Part shown: positions 47,618 through 57,673 of the stretch, in pieces
How positions within the stretch are numbered: position 1 is the first letter of the stretch
Layout: the number at the start of each line of letters is the position of its first letter
Source of the DNA: a bacterium
GTDB lineage: Bacteria > JAAXHH01
DNA length: 64,000 bases
Direction: 5' to 3'
NCBI GenBank assembly: GCA_965242885.1
Contig: CBDETH010000008.1
Coordinates: 2,809,640 to 2,873,639, forward strand
Made by a program: the position numbers and the translations under genes
The notes under the pieces: generated by a model
Database searches by the model: none
What the model was told of the DNA's origin: nothing
The model's input: the letters and a program-made list of their open reading frames with translations, nothing else

Positions 47618-47968
47618 ATGAGAAGGGAATCTGGTATGAACGTACCTATAGAACGAATTACAACCCACCCGGGCGCGCTCTTGCTCGAGCAGATTCATGA
47701 AATGGAATTGACCATCAACGGCCTGGCAAGGGATATAGACCTTCCAGCCACGAGACTTCATGAAATCGTACACGAAAGGCGCGGTGTGTCGGCTGAAACC
47801 GCCATCGCCCTGGGCGAATATTTCGATCAGACTCCCGAGTTCTGGATGAACGCTCAGAAAGTCTATGAATTATCCAGAGAACAGGTAATGAATGGTAAGG
47901 AAATCCGTTCCCGGGTACGCCGTCATGCCAGAGACCGCATCGAAGAATCGAAAACCGCACGTGTTTGA
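47618..47968 (+). CDS. HigA-family (XRE HTH) antitoxin-like DNA-binding protein, no adjacent toxin
   Basis: HPGALLLEQIHEMELTINGLARDIDLPATRLHEIVHERRGVSAETAIALGEYFDQTPEFWMNAQ matches HigA/VapI HTH_3 proteins. Confidence 0.75.
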   Translation: MRRESGMNVPIERITTHPGALLLEQIHEMELTINGLARDIDLPATRLHEIVHERRGVSAETAIALGEYFDQTPEFWMNAQKVYELSREQVMNGKEIRSRVRRHARDRIEESKTARV

Positions 47969-48004
47969 AGGCTGACCAACCCACGCAACATCTCCATCAA
48001 CACC

Positions 48005-48033
48005 TTGCCATTTGCCCCCTGACGCCCTATATT
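48005..48033 (+). promoter_or_regulatory. Sigma70-like promoter: TTGCCA-N17-TATATT upstream of glnS
   Basis: Direct reading; 44 nt upstream of the glnS ATG. Confidence 0.45.
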
Positions 48034-48077
48034 ACACGGTCTTGAATTCGCTCTAACGGCAACCTGAACAGGAACTT

Positions 48078-49754
48078 ATGAGTAAAGAAAAGCAGTACAG
48101 GGACTTTATACGCGAAGTCATCGACGCGGACATGGAGAGCGGGAAGTTCGGGGGCAAGGTACATACCCGTTTCCCTCCGGAACCGAACGGCTATCTCCAT
48201 ATCGGCCACGCCAAGTCGATCTGCCTGAATTTCGGGGTAGCGGAAGAGTACGGCGGCCTGTGCAACCTCCGGTTCGACGACTCGAATCCGGAAACGGAGA
48301 ACGTGGATTTCGTCGAGGGGATCAAGCAGGACATAAATTGGCTTGGTTTCGACTGGGAAGACCGGCTGTACTTCGCCTCCGATTACTTCGATCAGCTGTA
48401 CGCCTACGCGCTGCAGCTCGTGGACCAGGGTGACGCCTACGTAGACAGCCTGACCTGGGAAGAGATGCGGGATTACCGGGGCACGCCCACGGAACCGGGC
48501 CGCAACAGTCCGTACCGCGACCGGACGGCCACGGAGAACCGGGACCTGTTCGAGCGCATGCAAGCGGGGGAATTTCCGGACGGTGCGCACGTCCTTCGGG
48601 CCCGGATCGACATGTCCCATCCCAACCTGACGATGCGCGACCCCGTGTTGTACCGGATCCGGCACGCCCATCATTACCGCACCGGGGACAAGTGGCACGT
48701 GTATCCCATGTACGACTTTACACACTGCCTGTCGGATTCCATCGAAGGCATCACCCATTCGCTCTGCACCCTGGAGTTTGAGAACAACCGGCCGCTCTAC
48801 GACTGGATCCTGGACCGGCTGGACGTCTACCACCCCCAGCAGATCGAATTCGCGCCACTGGCGCTGGCCCACACCGTGCTTTCGAAGCGCTTCTACCGGC
48901 CGCTCATCGAAGAAGGCGTGCTGTCTGGCTGGGACGACCCCCGCATGCCCACGCTGTCCGGCCTGCGGCGCCGGGGATACACCCCCGAGGCCGTCCGGAC
49001 CCTCTGCGACCGCGTCGGCGTGGCCAAGCACCACAATCTCATCGACATGGCCCTGTCGGATTTCATCATCCGGGAGGACCTGAACAAGCGGGCTCCCCGG
49101 GTAATGGGCGTGCTGGACCCGCTGAAGGTCGTGATCACCAATTACCCCACCGACCGGACGGAGCAGATGGAAGCCGTGAACAACCCGGAAGACGAGGCCA
49201 TGGGGACGCGTCAGGTGCCCTTTACCCGTGAGATATACATCGAGCGAAACGACTTCATGGAAGATCCGCCGCGGAAGTTCTTCCGGCTAGCGCCGGGCCG
49301 GGAAGTCCGCCTGCGCTACGGCTACTACATCACCTGCACGGATGTAATCAAGGACGATGCTGGGCAAGTGGTCGAGCTGCGCTGCACCTACGATCCGGAA
49401 TCACGGGGCGGGACCACACCGGACGGCCGGAAGGTACGCGGCACCATACACTGGGTATCGGCCGCGCACGCCCTGAACGCCACCGTGCGCCTCTACGACC
49501 GGCTGTTCAGCGACCCGGATCCCCGTCCGGGCGAGGTCGACGATGAAAAGTCGCTGCTGAACCCCGAATCACTGCGGACCGTCACGGACTGCAAGGTCGA
49601 GCCCGGTCTCGCGGAAGCCGAACCCGGCGTGAACTACCAGTTCGAGCGGCTGGGCTACTTCTGTGTCGACGCCGTCGAAACGCAGCCAAATGGACCGGTG
49701 TTCAACCGGACGATCACCCTGCGGGATACCTGGGCGAAAATCCAGCAGAAGTAG
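48078..49754 (+). CDS. glnS: Glutamine--tRNA ligase
   Basis: Class I HIGH ([14 protein letters not shown]) and KMSKS-region motifs; length and blocks fit GlnRS. Confidence 0.9.
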   Translation: MSKEKQYRDFIREVIDADMESGKFGGKVHTRFPPEPNGYLHIGHAKSICLNFGVAEEYGGLCNLRFDDSNPETENVDFVEGIKQDINWLGFDWEDRLYFASDYFDQLYAYALQLVDQGDAYVDSLTWEEMRDYRGTPTEPGRNSPYRDRTATENRDLFERMQAGEFPDGAHVLRARIDMSHPNLTMRDPVLYRIRHAHHYRTGDKWHVYPMYDFTHCLSDSIEGITHSLCTLEFENNRPLYDWILDRLDVYHPQQIEFAPLALAHTVLSKRFYRPLIEEGVLSGWDDPRMPTLSGLRRRGYTPEAVRTLCDRVGVAKHHNLIDMALSDFIIREDLNKRAPRVMGVLDPLKVVITNYPTDRTEQMEAVNNPEDEAMGTRQVPFTREIYIERNDFMEDPPRKFFRLAPGREVRLRYGYYITCTDVIKDDAGQVVELRCTYDPESRGGTTPDGRKVRGTIHWVSAAHALNATVRLYDRLFSDPDPRPGEVDDEKSLLNPESLRTVTDCKVEPGLAEAEPGVNYQFERLGYFCVDAVETQPNGPVFNRTITLRDTWAKIQQK

Positions 49755-49808
49755 AACAAAAACAGATACGAGTTCACGCAGCTCACAGAGACGATTCCAT
49801 CCAGGAAG

Positions 49809-50891
49809 GTGACTATGGCACGTCTATTCGGAAAAGAGTATACACGCAGGGAATTACTCGATCTCGTGGGTGACATGAGCCAGGTGGCCCACGCCCGGTA
49901 CGGCGAACTCCGCGAAGGCAGTGACCGGGGTGCCGATCTCATCGAGGTATTCAACGCCTCGGGCCTGTGCTTCTCCCTGCTGCCGGGACGAGCGCTGGAC
50001 GTGGCCTCGGCCCACTACAAGGGCATGTCGCTCTGCTTCCGCGGCAACACGGGTGACGTGGGGCCGGCGTTCTACGAACCGCAGGGCTACGGCTGGATGC
50101 GCGGTTTCTACGGCGGGCTGGTCCTGAGCTGCGGCATGACCTTCACGGGGCATCCGGAGACCGATCCGGAAGAAGAAAACGAAGAACTCGGCCTCCACGG
50201 GCGCCTTTCGTTCCTGCCGGCACGGCAGGTCCACACGGATGGCCAGTGGGACGGCGACGACTACATCGTCAAGGTGCGCGGAAGGGTCCGGGAAGCCGTC
50301 GTCTTCGGCACCAACCTGGAACTCACCCGGGAAATCTCGACGGTCCTGGGCGAGAAATCGCTGCACATCCACGACCGGATACACAACCAGTCCGTGGATC
50401 GCTCACCCCTGATGTTCGTCTATCACTGCAATCCCGGTTTCCCCATCCTCGACGAGGGCACACGCGTCGTCATCGACAGCGAGAAGACGACCGAATGGCT
50501 TGAAGACCGGGAGGTCGGACCCGAAACCTTTGCGACGGTCTCTGCACCTAATGACGAGGCCCACGACGACGTCTACATCATGCATCCAAGGGCCGATGCC
50601 AGCGGCCTTTGTCGCGTAGGTCTGATCAACGACCACCTCGGCCTTGGCCTGTACTGGTCCTTTCCCAAGGCGGAAATCCCCATCGTCACCCACTGGCAGC
50701 ATTTCCACCGGGGTACCTACGTAACCGGCATCGAGCCGGGCAACGTCAGCATGCTCGGAAGGGCCTGGAACCGCAAGAACGGTTACCTGCAGCACATCGA
50801 GCCAGACGAAGTGCGCGATTTTCACCTGGAGATCGGTGTGTTGGAAGGTGCTGAGGAGATTGCGGCGTTCGAGGCGAAGATGGGGGCGTGA
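49809..50891 (+). CDS. Hypothetical protein, possibly aldose-1-epimerase-like (DUF4432-like)
   Basis: 360-aa ORF with strong coding signal; the family call is a tentative recollection. Confidence 0.4.
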   Translation: MTMARLFGKEYTRRELLDLVGDMSQVAHARYGELREGSDRGADLIEVFNASGLCFSLLPGRALDVASAHYKGMSLCFRGNTGDVGPAFYEPQGYGWMRGFYGGLVLSCGMTFTGHPETDPEEENEELGLHGRLSFLPARQVHTDGQWDGDDYIVKVRGRVREAVVFGTNLELTREISTVLGEKSLHIHDRIHNQSVDRSPLMFVYHCNPGFPILDEGTRVVIDSEKTTEWLEDREVGPETFATVSAPNDEAHDDVYIMHPRADASGLCRVGLINDHLGLGLYWSFPKAEIPIVTHWQHFHRGTYVTGIEPGNVSMLGRAWNRKNGYLQHIEPDEVRDFHLEIGVLEGAEEIAAFEAKMGA

Positions 50892-51745
50892 GGAAACCCG
50901 TGACCACCGTAGTGTGCTGGAATATCAGGAAAAGCCACAAACCCTGGTTTGAACTACTCGAAATGAACGCGGACGTCGCTCTATTACAGGAGGCTGGCAA
51001 TCCCCCTTCAGGTCTGCCCTCATGTGTCGTCACCGGATCGCAAACCACCGGCGACCAGTGGAACGATCTGGTTGATTTCAAAAGTTGGCCGTTGGTCGTG
51101 AAGCTATCCGACCGAGTCAAAGTTGAGTGGTTCAAGCGTGTTCTCCCTCGATTCCAAGTAACTTCTTCCGACGAGATGGTCGTCAGCGATGCCGGTACTA
51201 TCGCTGCCGCTCGTGTGATTCCCTGCGATGGCGAACCGTTTCTAGTAGTATCGATGTACTCACGGTGGTTAAGACCGCACTCATCGACTTCTACGAAATG
51301 GGTCGCGGGCTATTCGGACGCGTCGACTCATCGGATCATCTCAGATCTCTCTGCGTTCATTGGAGATCTCGATCCGAGCACCCATAGGATTCTGGCAGCA
51401 GGGGACCTGAATACAGTTTTGGGGTCTACAGATACCAAATTGGTGTTGCCGGATCGTGACCGGATGGTTTTCGAGCGGATGGATGCATTGGGCCTGGAGT
51501 TTATGGGACCCCAATACCCCGATGGGAGACAAACGATCCCTACGCCATCTGGTCTGCCTGAAGACACTCGGAATGTCCCGACATTCTATGCTCCTAAAGC
51601 GAAAACACCGGAAAACGCAGTACATCAACTTGACTATGTGTTTGCTTCCCGAGGATTTCACAGCAGCTTACACGTCCGGGCCCTGAACGATCCCGATGCG
51701 TGGGGCTCGAGCGATCACTGCCGGATTTTAATCGAAGTCTCGTAG
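50888..51745 (+). CDS. Endonuclease/exonuclease/phosphatase (EEP) family protein, low-GC
   Basis: Has the WNI N-terminal motif (VVCWNIRKS), catalytic Glu (ALLQEAG), GDLN Asp motif and C-terminal SDHCRILIEV His motif. GC is visibly lower than its neighbours; the start overlaps the upstream stop (ATGA). Confidence 0.7.
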   Translation: MRKPVTTVVCWNIRKSHKPWFELLEMNADVALLQEAGNPPSGLPSCVVTGSQTTGDQWNDLVDFKSWPLVVKLSDRVKVEWFKRVLPRFQVTSSDEMVVSDAGTIAAARVIPCDGEPFLVVSMYSRWLRPHSSTSTKWVAGYSDASTHRIISDLSAFIGDLDPSTHRILAAGDLNTVLGSTDTKLVLPDRDRMVFERMDALGLEFMGPQYPDGRQTIPTPSGLPEDTRNVPTFYAPKAKTPENAVHQLDYVFASRGFHSSLHVRALNDPDAWGSSDHCRILIEVS

Positions 51746-51788
51746 GTTGGCTTGATATCGGGTAACTTCAGGCGAGACTAGGACCACT

Positions 51789-52631
51789 ATGTCTTTCAGA
51801 TTGTGTGTTGCCCTGGCATCGATCGTGTACGCCACCAATACCAGTCATGTAGTCGCACAGGCGATTCTGTCACCAGGCAGCGGCCCTGCGCGCCTGACCA
51901 ACGTCGCCACCGAGGCGACTGAATCCGTCACCCACCGAACAAATTTCTACCTCAGGGTCGGTGCGAGCCTCGATCTGTCCTCGAAAACCAGATTCGGGGA
52001 CATGAATTGTCTGAGTACGTCTCCCGCAGCACTCTACGGGTGTGGAACAGGGGGCGACGGCATCGCTAGAGGAACGCGGGGAGATTTCGGCTTGGCGGGA
52101 GGTGTCGAGGTCGGCCTTGGATACGTCGCGACGCCGGATTTGCGCCTGGAAACGTCCATAGCCTACCGCCCGAGTTTCACCTTCGAAGGGACCGCCAACT
52201 TCCTTCAGACCGATGCACTACAATCCGTATCGGCGGACCTGCAGTCCGCGTCCGGCACGGTCGCAGCGTACTTGGACCTCACAGCGTACGGTCCCTTTCG
52301 TGTGTTCGCGGGAACCGGCGCCGGGCTGCACTATATCGATATCAGCGAATTCCACATGACGTTTCCCAGGACGCAGACCATCGTTCCGGACGGCCGGCGG
52401 GTCGATTTCACCGTAATGCTGGCCGCCGGAGTTGCTGCGTCTATTTCGGACAGGATCACGCTTGATCTTGCGTGGCAGTACGTGAATTGGGGCATCGTGG
52501 AGACCGGAAGAGCCACCGGCCGAGTCATCCGGAAGGACGGCAGCCGCGAACCGCTGGAGTTAGACCTCGCCGAAACGTGGGCGATGCGCAGAGGGCCGGG
52601 ATTCAGGGTGTCGATGCGATATGGGTTCTGA
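51789..52631 (+). CDS. Outer-membrane beta-barrel protein (OmpA-like/OmpW-like barrel), low-GC
   Basis: Signal peptide (ASIVYATNTSHVVAQA); alternating amphipathic beta-strands; C-terminal MRYGF with terminal Phe, typical of OMP sorting signals. Confidence 0.65.
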   Translation: MSFRLCVALASIVYATNTSHVVAQAILSPGSGPARLTNVATEATESVTHRTNFYLRVGASLDLSSKTRFGDMNCLSTSPAALYGCGTGGDGIARGTRGDFGLAGGVEVGLGYVATPDLRLETSIAYRPSFTFEGTANFLQTDALQSVSADLQSASGTVAAYLDLTAYGPFRVFAGTGAGLHYIDISEFHMTFPRTQTIVPDGRRVDFTVMLAAGVAASISDRITLDLAWQYVNWGIVETGRATGRVIRKDGSREPLELDLAETWAMRRGPGFRVSMRYGF

Positions 52632-52694
52632 GTTCACCGCCGGCTAATTAGGATTGTGCGAAGACGCCATCTGTCCCGGACTCAGAGAACCCGC

Positions 52695-53537
52695 TCACAC
52701 CACCCCCCACACCACCTTACCCTTCTCTCGTTCCCGCTCTTCCCGATATCCCTCGGCGATCTCGAAATCCCTGCCCAACCAAAGCGCGTCCCGCTGCTCG
52801 GGTGTAAGCGCTTCAATCAGATCATCTGTAAGCACATCCTCGAAACGGAACCGATGGTCGTCACTCGCTCCGTCACGAAACAGCCAGTGACTCATCGACC
52901 TGCCGTCCCTGGAGGTATTAAGCCCGGTCGCGTGAAAGATCCTCGAATCACGAACGATAAGCTGATCCGACCTGACCTCGAGCGGGACCTCTCCCGGTAA
53001 TTTCACGTCCGCAAGACTATCGACCCAGTATTTCTCGGGATAACCCTCGTTGCGCCGCCGCCGCTCCGCTTCCTCCTTGAACGAGTCGGCGGCCCCGATG
53101 TGACTGCCGGGAATGACCCGGAGGCAGCCCTGTGCGACTGTAGCGCCGGAGAAGTAGTGCATGAACTCGGTGTAGACCATTTCGCTGTCGCGGTGCCACC
53201 AGAAGGAGTGGTCGGGCGCCAGTTCATTGATGCCGCCGTTGCGGAGATAGATATCGTCGTCACCGGCCAGCTGCCTGGCCATTTCGAGGACTTCCGGATG
53301 GAGCATGATCTGAAGGAAGGGCAGGGCATGGTCGAGCGCGCACCAGTAGGACCCGGGAATCTGTGGCTCCAGCCGAAAGTGATTCCGCCGCGTATCTTCG
53401 GCAACAAGCGCTGGATCAACGGCTACCTTTCCCACGGCTTTCAGGCAGTTCAGGGTGAGGGTCTGCGAAAAGGGGCAGTCCACAATCACGTACCCGTCCC
53501 GGTGATACGCTTCGAGTTGCGACGACGACAGTTTCAC
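52695..53537 (-). CDS. Phytanoyl-CoA dioxygenase (PhyH) family Fe(II)/2-oxoglutarate oxygenase
   Basis: N-terminus LSSSQLEAYHRDGYVIV; HxD...H facial-triad context (WHRDSE ... RIFHAT). Confidence 0.8.
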   Translation of the reverse strand: MKLSSSQLEAYHRDGYVIVDCPFSQTLTLNCLKAVGKVAVDPALVAEDTRRNHFRLEPQIPGSYWCALDHALPFLQIMLHPEVLEMARQLAGDDDIYLRNGGINELAPDHSFWWHRDSEMVYTEFMHYFSGATVAQGCLRVIPGSHIGAADSFKEEAERRRRNEGYPEKYWVDSLADVKLPGEVPLEVRSDQLIVRDSRIFHATGLNTSRDGRSMSHWLFRDGASDDHRFRFEDVLTDDLIEALTPEQRDALWLGRDFEIAEGYREEREREKGKVVWGVV

Positions 53538-53568
53538 CGGTTGTCGCCCCCCTGTCTCTGGATAAACA

Positions 53569-55965
53569 TCAAATCTCGATCTCCAGGCCCTGCTTCAGCG
53601 TCTCCTTCGTCAATGCGCCAAGGTCCTGATAATTGAACCGGATCCTGTAATTTTCCTCAACCAGGTTGCCGAACTTAACTACGATCTTGCGCGGAGTGGT
53701 ATATGGTGATGCCAGGTGTTGCAGTGCATTCCTTACAAACAATTCGATGTGCCCGTCGGCCCATCCTTCCGCTTCCGCCGCGACTCCGTCGATGGCTGTC
53801 ACAATTTGCGCTGCGACATCTACCCATACACTCCCGAAATGCCTTTCGAGGTATGCTGTGGCACTGAGACCGCCGCCGGGTCCCCAGTTGAAGCCCGTCC
53901 AGCCACCACCTTCGCCGAAATGCACCCTGGGATCGCCGTGCATGAGGCTTTCGGGGGACAACCCGATTCCCGGCTCCACCTGTACCTGTTCCGCCATGGT
54001 GACGCGGTAGTCGTTGATGCCGTTGGCGTGGTTCTCCTTCATGTCCATGGCGGCGAAAGCGGCACGGGACGCGGCCACGGCGCGTTCAAGATATTCGATC
54101 TTGCCCGTTGCCAGGTAGTAGTCCGCGTAGGTGGGCACCATGCGGGACTGCCGGCCGTCGTTCCATTCCCCGTCGCAGTTCATCACGCCGAAGCCACCAA
54201 AGAGGTACGCTTTTCCGAACCGGTCAGGCGCCCATACCTGCTGGAACAGGGACAGCAAGCCCAGGCAGAACTCGCCCTGCCGCAGCCACTGCCCGTCTTC
54301 CGTCAACCGATACAGGGCCAGGAAGTGGTCGGCGGCCCACTGAACGGCCAGTGTATTGACCGGCGGGATCCCGTTGAGCGGATCGACCCAGTACAGGGGT
54401 CTCGGCGCGCAGGAATAGAAGAGTTCGAAATCCTGAAACTTCATCCGCGGTACGATTTCCCGGTTCATAAACGCGCCGGCCTTCACGGCAGCCCGTTCCA
54501 TTTCAGGATCTCCAACGGTACGGGCGGTCTTCGCCAACACCGCGCCGCCGATCGCCGTCGGTGCGTCTTCTTTCAGTTGCGGTGCGGGGTGGAGCTGACG
54601 GTCGAAATAGGTTGGGATAGCGCCGGACGGAAGCTGGGCGTCAACCAGGAACCGGCAGAAATCGATGATCCAATGCAGAACTTCTGACCCGCGTTCGAGA
54701 TCGGGGTATTGCTCATACCAGTAAAGCATCCACCAGGCCGTAACGCCCATGGACTGGAGGTCGTATCCATCCATCGGGTGCGCGGGCCACGAGGTCCAGT
54801 ACATAGCCCCTTCCCAGGATGCTGTATCTACATTGTATACACATGGGAAAGCGCCGTCTCGCCTGGGCGAAGAAAGCCGCAGATGGATCATGCCCTCCGC
54901 GATGGAAGAGAGATGGTCGTCCTCCCATTTCCTTCCGTAATGCATGAGTCCGAAGCCCGCTTGAAAGTCATTCTCCCAGGCGTGGTAATTGACGCCCCTG
55001 CGCCAGGTATTATCGATACCGTAACCCTCTCGAATACCGCAAGATACGGGCTTTGCCCATAGTTTTAGTTCATGCTTGTAGGTGTACCGTTTTCCATACT
55101 CCTCGAAGGGCATGACCTGGGGCCGAATGTCATTGAAATATCGCTTCCCGTATTTGTCCCACAACAACTCCGTGACCTGAGCCACGATCGATTCAGGCCC
55201 CTTGGCGGTGCCGATCAGCAAATCATATCCATAGGTGATTTCGGTCCCGCTGATAGGCACGGCCTCATCTCGGGCCGTCAACACGTGACCGTCCGGTTTC
55301 CATCTGCAGATTCCATAGGAAATGCGGGGGAGTCCGTAAGTCTCTCCACTGCCTGGATGATGCCAGGCGCGCAAGTCGAGGGCGTGGGGCAGGTCCGGGT
55401 GCTCCTGTATGCGGTCCAGGTCGGGCACGATGGCGGCATAGACGCCGTGGGCGAAAACGATTGCACAGGGCGACCGGAAGAACCAATCGCCGGCCACGTG
55501 GTTTTCATGGTCGTGCAACCCGGGAATCCACGCGAAATCCAGGGGCAGGGCGTAACCCATCGCCCGATCGTCGGGCATGAAGTAGTAGTGGTTCATGAGA
55601 CGTGCGAGGAGCACGCCCGAATGGGTGAGACGATCGTTTACCTCGACGCGGAGCCGGTTGTCTGCTTCAATGGATATCCGTTCTTCGAGCTCGTGTTCGA
55701 CGATCTCTCCGCGACGGATAAGCAACGTATTCGTGTCTCGGGTGGCGATTTCCGTGAAGACCGCGTCGGATCCGTCATTTGAAGGCACGACTTCCAGGTC
55801 TTCTATCGACAACCCTTCGTCTTTCTCCCAGGGCCGGTGCTTGTTTGCGGCCCGGTGGGACAGCACGGTGCGCCAGCCACGCTCCGGGTCACGGACTTCG
55901 AATCGAAGGATATGGGCATCCCCGTGCTGCATTGGCGTAATCCGCAGGTGTTCGGTACTGATCAT
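53569..55965 (-). CDS. Large hypothetical protein (798 aa), possible six-hairpin glycoside-hydrolase-like enzyme
   Basis: A long uninterrupted ORF, aromatic-rich (many W/Y), with no signal peptide and no recognisable catalytic motif; the function guess is weak. Confidence 0.5.
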   Translation of the reverse strand: MISTEHLRITPMQHGDAHILRFEVRDPERGWRTVLSHRAANKHRPWEKDEGLSIEDLEVVPSNDGSDAVFTEIATRDTNTLLIRRGEIVEHELEERISIEADNRLRVEVNDRLTHSGVLLARLMNHYYFMPDDRAMGYALPLDFAWIPGLHDHENHVAGDWFFRSPCAIVFAHGVYAAIVPDLDRIQEHPDLPHALDLRAWHHPGSGETYGLPRISYGICRWKPDGHVLTARDEAVPISGTEITYGYDLLIGTAKGPESIVAQVTELLWDKYGKRYFNDIRPQVMPFEEYGKRYTYKHELKLWAKPVSCGIREGYGIDNTWRRGVNYHAWENDFQAGFGLMHYGRKWEDDHLSSIAEGMIHLRLSSPRRDGAFPCVYNVDTASWEGAMYWTSWPAHPMDGYDLQSMGVTAWWMLYWYEQYPDLERGSEVLHWIIDFCRFLVDAQLPSGAIPTYFDRQLHPAPQLKEDAPTAIGGAVLAKTARTVGDPEMERAAVKAGAFMNREIVPRMKFQDFELFYSCAPRPLYWVDPLNGIPPVNTLAVQWAADHFLALYRLTEDGQWLRQGEFCLGLLSLFQQVWAPDRFGKAYLFGGFGVMNCDGEWNDGRQSRMVPTYADYYLATGKIEYLERAVAASRAAFAAMDMKENHANGINDYRVTMAEQVQVEPGIGLSPESLMHGDPRVHFGEGGGWTGFNWGPGGGLSATAYLERHFGSVWVDVAAQIVTAIDGVAAEAEGWADGHIELFVRNALQHLASPYTTPRKIVVKFGNLVEENYRIRFNYQDLGALTKETLKQGLEIEI

Positions 55966-56143
55966 GGGATGTCACTCTCAGGGTATCTGGTCCCGTTCCA
56001 GTTCTGCTTCGGGAGGACAGTACGGTAGGGCGATCGGAAAAGCTGACGACGCTCCTTTCCGAGAAAATACAGTACGATCTGCGCCGATTCAAACAGATTG
56101 CCGGTCGCTGGTTCACGCACGCCAATTTCGCGCGCCAATTTCG

Positions 56144-56172
56144 TTGACGCTGGTTCCACGAGTTTCTATACT
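56144..56172 (+). promoter_or_regulatory. Near-consensus sigma70 promoter: TTGACG-N17-TATACT upstream of the PEP-hydrolase-like gene, preceded by a cgccaatttcg x2 direct repeat
   Basis: Direct reading; ~100-nt 5' UTR. Confidence 0.5.
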
Positions 56173-56275
56173 CGAATCATGCCGCGAGGCTGACAATCAG
56201 CAGGTTCATATGCTCGAAAATCACGCTTTAGGAGTTTTCTCATCACGCATCACGCGATCCATCCCGGAGCAAACC

Positions 56276-57103
56276 ATGGCCATCCCCTATGACGAATGCC
56301 TGCGCCGGTTGCGGGCGCAGGTATCTGAAGGCAAGCCAATCATCGGCACGGGCGCCGGCACGGGGCTTTCCGCCAAGTGCGCGGAAGCCGGAGGCGCAGA
56401 CATCATCATCATCTACAACTCCGGGCGCTATCGCATGGGCGGGCGCGGTTCCCTCTCCGGCATGATGCCCTACGGCGATGCCAACCAGGTGGTAGTGGAG
56501 ATGGGCCAGGAGGTCCTGACCATCGTGGAGGACACGCCCGTGCTGGCGGGGGTCTGCGGCACCGATCCCTTCCGCATCATGAGCGTCTTCGTCCGGCAGC
56601 TCAAGGACCAGGGCTTCTCGGGTGTGCAGAATTTCCCTACGGTCGGCCTCATCGACGGGCTGTTCCGCCAGAACCTGGAAGAGACGAACATGGGATACGA
56701 TCTGGAGGTAGAGATGATCGCGGAGGCGCACCAGGCCGGACTCCTCACCTGTCCCTACGTCTTCGACGAGGAGGAAGCAGTGAAGATGGCCGAAGCCGGC
56801 GCGGACGTGCTCGTGCCCCACATGGGCCTGACCACCAGCGGAACGATCGGTGCCCAGACAGCCATGACGCTCGAAGAGGCCGCGGTCAAGGTCCAGGCGA
56901 TCCGGGACGCGGCCGTCGGCGTAAGGGAAGATATCCTCGTATTGTGTCACGGCGGCCCGATCGCCGAACCCGATGACGCCGAATACGTGCTGAACAACAC
57001 GACAGGAGTCGTCGGCTTCTTCGGGGCGTCGAGCATCGAGCGCCTCCCCGTGGAACGGGCGCTTACGGAACAGGTCCGTCACTTCAAGGGACTCGCCATT
57101 TAA
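56276..57103 (+). CDS. Phosphoenolpyruvate-hydrolase-like TIM-barrel protein (PF09370-like)
   Basis: [56 protein letters not shown] is the characteristic N-terminus of this family; in-frame ATG at 56276 lies inside a longer artefactual ORF. Confidence 0.65.
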   Translation: MAIPYDECLRRLRAQVSEGKPIIGTGAGTGLSAKCAEAGGADIIIIYNSGRYRMGGRGSLSGMMPYGDANQVVVEMGQEVLTIVEDTPVLAGVCGTDPFRIMSVFVRQLKDQGFSGVQNFPTVGLIDGLFRQNLEETNMGYDLEVEMIAEAHQAGLLTCPYVFDEEEAVKMAEAGADVLVPHMGLTTSGTIGAQTAMTLEEAAVKVQAIRDAAVGVREDILVLCHGGPIAEPDDAEYVLNNTTGVVGFFGASSIERLPVERALTEQVRHFKGLAI

Positions 57104-57180
57104 GAAACGACTCAGATGAAATCAGGGTTCGACGTGTGGGCGTAAACACCGCAGTCAAGCACTTACTCAGGGAGGCAGCC

Positions 57181-57609
57181 ATGCCAGAACCGGGCCTTCG
57201 ATTCGTAGAACCGGACGACGTGGAAACCATGATGTTCGACTGGGGCAACATTAAGTGGTTCAGCGAGCCCCGGGTAACCGAGACCGAACGCTTCAGCATG
57301 GGGCTGGTCGTGCTCGAACCGGGAAAAGGCCACGAACGGCACAACCACCCGGGCGTGGAGGAGATCCTCTACTACATTTCCGGGGAAGGCGAGCAGATGG
57401 TGGAAGAAGACGGGCAGGAGATACGCCGGAAGGTCGGACCCGGCATGATGTGCCATATTCCCGCCGACATGTACCACGAAACGATCAACACGGGATGGGA
57501 ACCCATGCGCATCATCGCTATCTACTGTCCGCCCGGTCCCGAGGCCTTTCTCCGCACCCTGCCCGGCTGCCGCATCGCACCGCCGGGCGAACTGCCCGTG
57601 CGGGACTAG
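57181..57609 (+). CDS. Cupin-domain protein
   Basis: Cupin motifs G(X)5HXH...E (PGKGHERHNHPGVEEILYYISG) and HxxxN (MCHIPADMYHETIN); ATG at 57181 preceded by GGGAGG. Confidence 0.7.
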   Translation: MPEPGLRFVEPDDVETMMFDWGNIKWFSEPRVTETERFSMGLVVLEPGKGHERHNHPGVEEILYYISGEGEQMVEEDGQEIRRKVGPGMMCHIPADMYHETINTGWEPMRIIAIYCPPGPEAFLRTLPGCRIAPPGELPVRD

Positions 57610-57673
57610 AATCCGGCTGTAGTCCGATCATCACCCGTTCGATATTGAACAAGCGGGCGAGGCGATTCGAACG

